A stretch of 64,000 bases of DNA, taken from the NCBI RefSeq assembly GCF_006345805.1, contig NC_043006.1, forward strand, positions 3,038,001-3,102,000, read 5' to 3'. The notes beneath the pieces were generated by a model that saw nothing but the letters and a program-made list of their open reading frames with translations, did no database searches and was not told where the DNA came from. This document shows positions 53,376-64,000 of the stretch, one piece after another (the stretch's first letter is position 1; the number at the start of each line of letters is the position of its first letter). Position numbers and translations under genes: made by a program. This DNA is from Octopus sinensis (lineage: Eukaryota).

Positions 53376-56300
53376 AATAAAAATTTTGCTAAGATGAGAT
53401 TTTGAATTATAAGACTTTTAACCTTAGAATGGTAATAAGAATGACAAACTGACGGCTGTTAAAAAACACATAAAAAAAGACGAAACATAAACTGCCAAAT
53501 ACAAAATCGTGTTGAAATTTAGGTGAAGACATGTCTTTATGTGGTCACAATTTTTACGCATTGACTGATCAGCATAAAACTAATAAGGAGAAAAGATGGC
53601 GACAAAGTGACCATGGTGATGGTATCAGTTAATAGTCTTAGATGCAACAACTGTTGTTTGCTACAACTTCACACAACTGAGAAATCTTCAGGCACTGAAG
53701 ATGTTTATGGAGAATATTTTCAGTAATCTCCGGGCATCTGGGAAATTTCGGGACGACGGTAATGTCATGTCTGTCGAGTCACTTTCGTCGATTTTCGTAA
53801 ATCTCGGAAAGGTTCGGCTAACGGTAATATCACGCCTGTTGAGTGACTTCCATCGATCTTTGTGCATCTGGGAAAGGTTTGGTTATGTCCTTTGAGTTTC
53901 TCCAGAACCAGAGATGTCAGACAAGAATTTGAAAATATCAATAATCCATAAAAGGAAGAGAGTCATTAATTGATCCCAACTGATTCTTAGTGACCTCCAT
54001 AGAACACTTCTTTATAAAATGCAAAGGTTGATATATTTTTCTACTCTAGGCACAAAGCCCGAGATTTTTGGAGAGGGGGGGCTAGTCGATTAGATCGACC
54101 CCAGTACGTAACTGGTACTTAATTTATCGACCTCGAAAAGATTCATCCTTTCGATAAATTAAGTACAATAAATTAAGTATGATTAAGATAAATTAAAGCA
54201 AAGTCGACTTCGGTGGAATTTGAACTCAGAACGTAAAGACTGACGAAATACCTATTTCAATTTCTTTACTACCCACATGGGGCTAAACATAGAGGGGACA
54301 AAGAAGGACAGACAAACGGATTAAGTCGATTACATCGACCCCAGTGCGCAACTGGTACTTAATTTATCGACCCCGAAAGGATGAAAGGCAAAGTCGACCT
54401 CGGCGGAATTTGAACTCAGAACTAGCGGCAGACGAAATACCGCTAAGCATTTCGTCCGGCGTGCTACCGTTTCTTTACTGCCCACAAGAGGTTACACACA
54501 GAGGGGACAAACAAGGACAGACAAACGGATTAAGCCGATTATATCGACTCCAGTGCGTAACTGGTATTTATTTGATCGACCCCGAAAGGATGAAAGGCAA
54601 AGTCGACCTTGGCGGAATTTGAACTCAGAACGTAGCGGCAGACGAAATACCGCTAAGCATTTCGCTCGGTGTGCCAACGTTTCTGCCGGCTCGCCACCTT
54701 AATGCAAAGGTTGATATTGCAATATCTACATTGTCGAACTGGCTGTCAATTGTCGGCGTCCGATAACAATCCAGATGTCGGGTGTCAAGTATGGGACTAA
54801 ACTATGTCATAAATTTTAACTCCGTGAAAAGGAAAAAGAAGTGCTGCAGGAAAACGTGTTTGACAAAAAGATGACCACATCTGACGCTGTCTATAGATGA
54901 AGCCCTTTCATTATATAGCTGCATAAGGCAGCGAGCTGCCAGAATCGTCAGCTGGTCGGGCGAAATGTTTAGAGTCGTTTCGTCCGATCTGTCTTTACGT
55001 TCTGAATTCAAATTCTGCGGAGGTTGACTTTGCCTTTCATTCTTTCGGAGTCGAGAAACAAGTACCAATTAAGCACTGGGGTCGATGTAATTTACTTTCT
55101 TACCTTCTCTCTCGAAATTGCTGGCCTTGTGAAAAATTTGAAATCACTGTATACCTGCATAAGGCAGCGAGCTAGTAGATTCGTAAGCATGCCGGACAAA
55201 ATGCTTAGCAGCATTTCGTCCGTCCTTACTTTCTGAGTTCAAATTCCGTTGAAGTAGACTCCACCTTTCGGGGTCGATAAAATAAGTACCGTTTGAGCAC
55301 TGGGGTCGATTTCATTGACTTGCTCTGTCTCCGAAATTGCTGGCCTTGTGCCAAAATTTGAAGCCATTATATATCTGCATTGTAGGAAACTGTATCCCTG
55401 GCACTCCAGACAGAGGATCGTTGTAGCAGTCCTGACCAGGGTAACACACCCTTCCCACAAGAAGCGTGTTGCTTGCAGGGAAATGATGTTGTACGGTAGT
55501 AGCAGATGGATGTTCTGACGAGCGGGATTCCTCCCTAACACACGAAGCACATTGACTGCGGGGGAAATAAGTTTAGCGAATTTCTACTTTTATTTCGCGA
55601 TGGAACTAAACAGAGAGCAAACATGGTCAAATCGATAAAGTAGCGTATAAACAGATAATAGCAAATACATTTAACTGTTTCGATAATTAGTCCAGTCTCA
55701 AAATGCTTAACAGCATTTCGTCCGTCTTTACTTTCTGAATTTCAAATTCTGCCGAGGTCGACTTTGCCTTTCATCCTTTCGGGATCGATTAAAATAAGTA
55801 CCAGTTGAGTACTGGGGTCGATGTAATCGACTTCCCCGCTTCCCCGAAATTGCTGGCCTTGTGCCAAAGTCAATAATTGGTCCAGTCTGCATAGCTGTAA
55901 GTTGTTACAACTGAAGAGACTAAGTGATCGTTGTAATCAGCGGCACCACCAACACGTTGAGTGGCGTTCACGGCCATGATACAGCTACGGATAGTTCATT
56001 TTCTCTTGCTGTATGTAGGTGATACTGAAGAGACTAATTTTTCGGTGTAAGTGGTGGCAGCACTGTACAATTGAGAAGTGTTTTGTTAGTTTGCAATGCT
56101 GATCTCACCATCTCCCAGATTCAAGGTGGGTACCACATCTCTAATTTTATCTTGGTATACATGGGCCAACGTCGGAGCCTCTAAACGGTGGTTCGATCTG
56201 GCAGAAACAGTAGCTAAAACAGCCTCAGAGCACATCCTACTATACTGGGAAAGGAAAGGACGCGCTGTGCAATATAGTCCTAAATATCCATAAAATGAAT

Positions 56301-57064
56301 GGATTAGTCATGGCTGGAATGCCCTTGATCATAATTCTGTTTAAGGAAAATTGGTCTAGGGCTAAACAACGATAACAGGAGCCAATTAGGGAAACTCCAC
56401 GTTGTCAATAGGCTTGCTAGAAATAGCAGCCAAATGTCTTTTAAATCTCACTACCATCTTTTAAAGAAATAGGTGACATTGGTTTGTGCACTTCTTGATG
56501 TAAGACATCTGAAAATAAATGGCATGGTCATGGTTAGACCGTTTTTGACCAGTAATCTGCTTCATGAGAGTTGACATAAAGCTAAATAACAAAAACAGCA
56601 CTAATGGTTTCTGACTTGGTTACAAAGCCAGCGATTTTGAGGTGGGGAGGGAAGTCTATACCATCGAATACTGTACTTGACTGGGCCTTTATATTATCGA
56701 CCCCAAAGAGTATAATTGACCCCCAGCGGGGTTTGAACTCAGTACGTAAACATCCGTGATAAATACAGCAAATAATTTTATCTGACACTGTAAACGATTC
56801 TATCAGTTCACTGCCTTAACAACCATACTATACAGTGCCATCTTAGGGTATGGACACACTGGCGGCTGCTCGGGTGCCGCACAGGTCATTGGATCCTGTG
56901 TATGTTTTGGTAAGCATAGGGATTAAGCGTGTTGGAGTTCCACTGCATTGCTCTGTCCAGGGGCCTAGAATGCCGTCAAATGGGTTCTGCAGCATTCATC
57001 TAGACGGTTTATTACCTATATTATAACTGGTGAACAACAAGGTTGTTGATAGTAGGTTTCCACT

Positions 57065-57660
57065 GTAAGTTCATCACGGGTAATTTCATCAGGATTAATA
57101 CAACACCTGTAATTTCATCGCCTGGTAATTACATCTGATCATTTCATCGCCTGATAATTTTCATCACCTGGTAATTTCATCGCCAGCAAAATTCATCGCC
57201 TGGTAATTTCATCAACAAGTAATTTCATCGCTTAGTAATTTCCTCACTTGGTAATTGCTTCGCCTTTAATTTGATCACCAGACAATTTCATTACTTGGTA
57301 ATTTTCTTGTCTGGTAATTATATCACCTGGTAACTACGTTGCTTTTAATTTCATACACTGGCAATTTCATCACCTGGTAATTACATTGCTTGGTAATTCC
57401 CTCACCCGATAATTTCCTTGTCTGGGAGTTCCATCGCCTGATAATCACATCGCCTGATAATCTCATCGCCGGTAATTACACCACCATTAATATCATCTCC
57501 TGGCAATTTCATTGCTTGCTAATTTTATCGTCTGGTGTTCAGATCGCTTAGTAACTTCATCTCCTGGTAATGCGATCACTTGGAAAATTCATCGCCTGGT
57601 AATTTTATTCCTTGTAATTTAATCTCTCGGTATATTCATCACCCGATGATTTAATCGCGA
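57065..57660 (+). repeat. Degenerate 16-bp minisatellite (GGTAATTTCATCGCCT)
   Basis: Roughly 35 diverged units visible by eye. Confidence 0.9.
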
Positions 57661-57690
57661 AGGAACCTTATCGTCAGTTAATTTTCAGGC

Positions 57691-57750
<60 letters not shown>

Positions 57751-58189
57751 ATCAGCTCAATTAATCGTTAAGCCAAATATCTCGTCATTCAATTTCATCC
57801 TCATACATTTTATCCACAGAATAGATTAATCGACAAACGTTATTTTTATTAAGTCCCTATTCAAAGATTGAATAAGTTATATATATTATTGCCGATCAAA
57901 ACGAAAGTTAAAAAATAAAATTCGTGCAATAGGTATTTTTTTTTTTTGAAATGTATAAAAAACATTTAACGACATCAAGAAACAAAATAAACAGTCGAAA
58001 TTCAGTGACAAAAATCCCTTCGAACGATTTGGAATTCTTCGGAAATGTTTTAAGTGGAACAATCAGGAATGGAAGTAAAAACGTAGCGGAATATCGTCAA
58101 ACTGAAATGCAACATCGGAAAAAGAAAAATTTAGTGCAGCAAGAATTTAACGCTTCAAAATTCTAAAAATTAACAAGCGCATAGATGTA

Positions 58190-59910
58190 TATATGCATGC
58201 ATATATACACATGTACATACATACATGCATTCATACGTACATATATACGTATATACATACATACATACATACATTCATACATACATACATATGGTACATA
58301 CATACATACATATGATATATATATACATACATACATACGTACATACATGCATACATACATACATACATACATACATACATACATACATACATGCATACAT
58401 ACATACATACATACATACATACATACATACATACATGCATACATACATACATACATACATACATACATGCATACATACATACATACATACATACATACAT
58501 ACATACATGCATACATACATACATACATACACACATACATACATACATACATACATACATGCATACATGCATACATATACATATACATACATAACTACAT
58601 TCATATTTATACATGCACACATACATTCGTGTATACACATATACATACATACGTACATACAAACATACAGATGTACATATAAATACATATATACATACAT
58701 ATAAAAAATAAGCGAACAACTAAATTATTTCAGATGCGTTACTCATATTTTTTCACCTGTTCCTTCATTAAATTATAACAGTTTTATCTTTTTACTGTAA
58801 ATTTTTGTGATTCTATTATCAAAAATGATTTTGATTTGTTTGTCATGTATAGAATAATTATGACGTTAATGTCACCTTTGAATATCTTTTTAATTGTTAA
58901 TCAAATGAGGTATGTTTGCTTTGAGAATAAAAAAATATATATATAATAGTAAGCGCTGAATTTACTCTGCTGACAAAATGTATGAAGATGAATTTATGAA
59001 CGATATATGGATCCACAGTATAATTGCAATGTAATTAACGGACGTCTATTGGGCGAACCAAGGATCTGTTTCATTATAATTATGATGCTGAGAGTGGCAA
59101 ATGAAGCATCGAAAATTGATTGCAAGCGATTTCGTTCGAAAAGCAAACATCATGCCGACATACATACATACATACATACATACATACATACATACATACA
59201 TACATACATACATACATACATACATACATGCATACATACATACATACATGCATACATACATACATACATACATGCATGCATACATACATACATACATGCA
59301 TACATACATACATACATGCATACATACATACATACATACATACATACATACATACATGCATGCATACATACATACATACATGCATACATACATACATACA
59401 TACATACATACATACATACATACATACATACATGCATACAAACATACATACATACATGCATGCATACATACATACATGCATGCATACATACATACATACA
59501 TGCATACATACATACATACATACATGCATGCATACATACATACATACATGCATACATACATACATACATGCATACATACATACATACATACATAAATACA
59601 TACATACATACATACATGCATGCATACATACATACATGCATACATACATACATGCATACATACATGCATACATACATACATGCATACATACATACATACA
59701 TGCATACATGCATACATACATACATACATGCATACATGCATACATACATGCATACATGCATACATACATACATACATACATGCATGCATACATACATACA
59801 TGCATGCATACATACATACATACATACATACATACATACATGCATACATACATACATACATACATACATACATTCATACATACATACATACATACATACA
59901 TGCATACATG
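58190..59910. repeat. (TACA)n/(TGCA) microsatellite blocks
   Basis: Blocks at 58190-58700 and 59158-59910; source of the long HTYI/MYVC ORFs. Confidence 0.95.
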
Positions 59911-59914
59911 ACAG

Positions 59915-60465
59915 CTGCAAACTCGTGTGCGAGTATTGCCATTGCCTGATCGAAGGTTCCACACATGCGAAGGCTGCGACCAGCCATTTTTGTAATAGAG
60001 CTTACATTTATTCTTCCAAACGATGCATGTGCATGATGATCTTTTATGGTGGGGAAAGGATTTGCACAAAGCCAATCCCATTCCCTGAACATGGGCAAAA
60101 TAAACTCGAAAAGCAGAACTAGTCAACATCATCGAATATTCTCAATGTCACAGGTTTTCTCTCAAAGTTTCCCTGTCCTAGAGAGATGTTGTGACAACAA
60201 CAGAGGGGCCTCCTACACTCAGCGAGCCAACCGCAAGCCGGAACCACCAACCCATGTATTTCCACGATCCCGCGCATACATACATGGCCATTGACAACTC
60301 ATCCCCACATTGACAGGTCTTAATTTTCGTCCTGCAGGGTATCCAACAACCACTCTTCTCACCAAGAATACTTGATGAGATCGCCGGTTTAGTCGCCGAT
60401 GAGCCGACCATGCGACAGGTTGTACTGGGTTACATGTTACCAGTAGCGCCCAAGAGCGACCTGAC
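59915..60465 (-). mobile_element. RTE-like LINE 5' UTR and start of endonuclease (decayed)
   Basis: GC-richer island between (TACA)n tracts. The minus strand has TCTAGGACAGGGAAACTTTGA (RTE 5'UTR-like) then a WN..AILAHEF remnant. Confidence 0.4.
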
Positions 60466-60739
60466 ACAAACATATATACATACGCATACATGCATACATA
60501 CATACATACATACAAACATACATACATACATACATTCATACATACATGCATACATACATGGACATACATAGATACATACATGCGTACATAGTACATACAT
60601 GCGTACGTATATGCATACATACACACATGCATACATGCACACACAAATACATACTTGCATAATACGAACTTATATACGTACGCATATACATACAATCATA
60701 CACATACGCACACACATAATATTTATGTGTGAGTGAACG

Positions 60740-61810
60740 AAAGGAATGGAAGAACAGTTCTGCTCAAGCAAAATTACCCTCTCCTACTTATAGAAAATAG
60801 AATATAACGAGCAAAAGAGACGACTATAGAACAACTTAGGGCAACACGAGAAAGACGAACCCGTCAACAGAACACAATATCATTTCTAGTAACACACAAT
60901 CCGCACCACCGAAACATTTTTAACACCATCAAAACAAATTTGCCAATCATGAAACAGAGTGAACAATTAAAAAAAACAATTACTAATCAAACACTTACCT
61001 TAAGCAAAAGGCAACCACATAACCTAAAGAAACGACTAAAGGCAAAATTCGACATGAACAAAGAGGACAAAACATTGACAGTATCCAAGCGAAATGGAAA
61101 CAGATGTGGAACGTGTCAATGCATGCAGACGGGAAGATCCATTGGAACAAAAAATGGACAGATTTTCACAAATGCAGATATGAATTGCGAGGAACTATAT
61201 ATTGGTGAGACAGGGAATGCATTATCGGAAGGCTCACGAGTCTACAGACAACAAATCCGGAACACTGATGTTTGCCAAATTCCATTGAGCGAATGTATAG
61301 AAACACGTGGTCAGAAAATGTTTCTCATTTTTCCTTTCCACAAACTACGTGTCACAAGTGAAGTCGGAAGAAAGATAAAAGAAAAATGGTTTATGAAAAT
61401 ATTCAAACTTGAACGGAAATAACAACAAGAATATAACAACCAGTTAAGGATCAGGGGATTAAAAAATATCTTTAACATATGAATATAAGCGAATTACAGA
61501 AAACTCCCCACCAACTGAAATAAAAAACGATCGAAACCAACTAAGTTTGCTCCCTCATAAATCCATTTCATGTAAACCGCAAGCTAATTGGTTAAAACTA
61601 AAGGCGGGATCTATGCCAGTAATATCGGTACACCTGGCAAACCGTGACATTTAAGCTGCATGCGGATTGGTCAAAACTATATTCCAAAAATTCAGCTTGT
61701 TGGAGCGTTCTAAGAGGTACTACAGTTGCAAAGAACTCAACTGTCAGTTAAATACATTTTGAAATCTGATGATTACTACGAACGTATGAAAGTGCTAATT
61801 GAACTTTATG
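60740..61810 (+). mobile_element. Penelope-like element 3' remnant (CxxC + GIY-YIG) with HHR-like motif
   Basis: ORF 60940-61422 contains SKRQPHNLKK, RCGTCQC, LYIGETG and RKIKEKWFMKIF. Downstream CTGATGA-TTACTACGAACGTAT-GAAAGTGCTA at 61766-61797. Confidence 0.8.
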
Positions 61811-61934
61811 AACATTACAAAATATATTTTTAATGTTAAAATACCATAATAAAAAACATGAAAACCAGACAATGTTTCAACTTTATTCAACTGATATATT
61901 ATTCTACACACATTCACACATATTTGGAAAAAAT

Positions 61935-61979
<45 letters not shown>

Positions 61980-62474
61980 TTCTCTCTGTCTATCTCTCTC
62001 AAAAGGCGGACTACTGCAGAGTTTTTGTAAGCCGAAATTCCACACAAGAAAATTTCACACAAGAGAGTAAAAGATGCATTTGTTGAAACTAAGGGTATAT
62101 CTGAGGTACCTTTCAGTGGGTCGAACCCAGAACCGGGTGTTTGCAAACTTTAAACTCTTCACCTTACAACCATACAAGGACTCATGTGCAGTTTACGTAA
62201 GACATGATTTCATTGTACTTTGGATGGGATACAATGGAGTGCTGTTCTGTACAAGGATGGGCTTTTTATGTACAGACTACCGGTCTATGTCAACACTCAC
62301 ATCCATGAAATCCTGTAAATATTGGTTCTTGTATTACCGCGACTTATTAGTAATTTACTGAAAAAAACAACAATTCTGTTCCTGGCTGCAAACTTGCATT
62401 GAATTACACAATCCATAAACATCCTGTATCTCTCTGTTTTGTATATTATGATCAGAATCATGATCATCATCATC

Positions 62475-62907
62475 GAGTGAGAGCAGCGCATGCCATCAAA
62501 GTGACACTGGGGCAATATACGCACCATGAAGCCCAATATACCCATCATGACTACCCGTCTGATAAGGATACTCCTGGCACAGGCATTGCAACCATACGTA
62601 GGTGCATTATGATCCCGTATCAAGATAAACAATGCATGACGTTGCAAGTGGGACCCAGTTATAATTTCTCCAGGTCAAGTAGCCCATCCCATTCAAAAGG
62701 TCACTGAATAAGGGTTGTTTAAGGATGATGAACGAAACACCCATGATTCCAGAGGTTAATTATTCAACCCTCAAAGAATTCCTCTCAACACCACTCCTAC
62801 TCATGATCAGAGATGCACATATTGTCAGCCACTAAGAGAAACACTCAACTGGTTAACAGACACCCTCAACTGACCAGCAAATTTGTGGTACTGAGCAGAA
62901 ATATTTG
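62475..62907 (-). mobile_element. ~550-bp repeat, 5'-truncated diverged copy 4
   Basis: Reverse complement of the same family with the 3' end intact. Confidence 0.75.
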
Positions 62908-63052
62908 TACTCCATCTTCTTCTTCTTCTTCTTCTTCTTCTTCTTCTTCTTCTTCTTCTTCTTCTTCTTCTTCTTCTTCTTCTTCTTCTTCTTCCTCCTC
63001 CTCCTCCTCCTCCTCCTCCTCCTCCTTCCCCTCCTCCCCTCCTCTTCTTCTT

Positions 63053-63102
<50 letters not shown>

Positions 63103-63133
63103 CATCATCATCATCATAATAATAGTAAATATA

Positions 63134-63210
<77 letters not shown>

Positions 63211-63219
63211 ATTATTATT

Positions 63220-63713
63220 GAGTGAGAGAGCATGCATGTCATCAAAGTGACACTGGGGTAAAATATACGAAGTCCAGTATACACATCATGACTACCCGTC
63301 TCATAAGAGTACACGAGGAACATGCATCACAACCATATGTGCGCGATATGGTGATCTCATATCAAGATAAACAGCGCATGACCTTGCAGGTGGGATCCAG
63401 TTAGTATTTTCTTCAGGTCGAGTAGCCCATCCCGCTCAAAAGGTCCTTGAATAAGGCTTGTTTAAGGATGCTGAACGAAACACCCATATTTCCGGAGGTG
63501 AATTATTCAAATCCCAAAGAATTCCTCTCAACACATGGCTATGATGCTCCCCCACTACTCCTGCTCGTGATCAGAGATGCACATATCGTCAGCCACTAAG
63601 GGACATGCTCAACTGGTTAAGGTCAAGCAACTGACAAGCATATCTGTGGTATTGAGTAGAATATTTGCCGTAGTCCATCTATGATTCCATGACAAAACAT
63701 GTACATGATAACA
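63220..63713 (-). mobile_element. ~550-bp repeat, 5'-truncated copy 5
   Basis: Reverse complement of the same family; the 3' end abuts (TTA)n. Confidence 0.8.
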
Positions 63714-64000
63714 CTCGTAAAGGAGAGGCACGCTCTAAAACACTTGAGCAGTAATATCCTAAAGATTGCTAGTCATAGCCTCTCAGAGAGTGACCTGTTG
63801 TTTCACATCCATGAAGCACTTAGCCCTATAGTCTCAAATGCCCGCACATATATGCACATGCACAGATAATTCATGGCATTCCTCTCAAGCCCACATAGTC
63901 GATATCAACCTGAAAATTATCCATGAAAAAATATACCAAAGAAAAGAGTATTTGCCGTAAACGTTGTGTATTTAGCCAAACATTTCAACGTATTGCACAA

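Noticed and set aside
55515-55556. CTGACGA possible hammerhead
   Set aside because: Followed by GAAG rather than GAAA, with no consistent stems.
57065-57660. CRISPR-like array
   Set aside because: Contiguous degenerate units without unique spacers, eukaryotic context and no cas genes.
59007-60122. 371-aa ORF and other long [12 protein letters not shown]/poly-N/poly-Q ORFs
   Set aside because: These are translations of stop-free microsatellites, open in several frames and on both strands.

Overview
AT-rich, microsatellite-saturated eukaryotic DNA. The tRNA-derived SINE families present suggest a cephalopod (Octopus-like) genome; this is an inference. No intact host protein-coding gene can be supported. 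Nearly all supplied ORFs are microsatellite artefacts, and the only host-gene signals are a candidate minus-strand exon (present twice in an 887-bp tandem duplication) and a few promoter-like spots. The window is mostly mobile-element debris: several SINE families, Tc1/mariner elements (DD41D rosa-type, DD37D maT-type, mariner), hAT- and piggyBac-type MITEs with TSDs, a Helitron cluster, RTE and R4/Dong LINE fragments, a probable DIRS-like remnant and two Penelope-like GIY-YIG remnants. The most notable signal is a recurring set of hammerhead-ribozyme (HHR) motifs in non-coding, microsatellite-embedded repeats. The best example is an intact type I HHR with an unusually large stem II insertion, present on both strands of an inverted-plus-tandem 535-bp unit at about 41.0-42.2 kb. 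A second repeat family carries a U3-A8 covariant core. A ~550-bp non-coding element found in (TAA)n tracts next to R4/Dong fragments is also notable.
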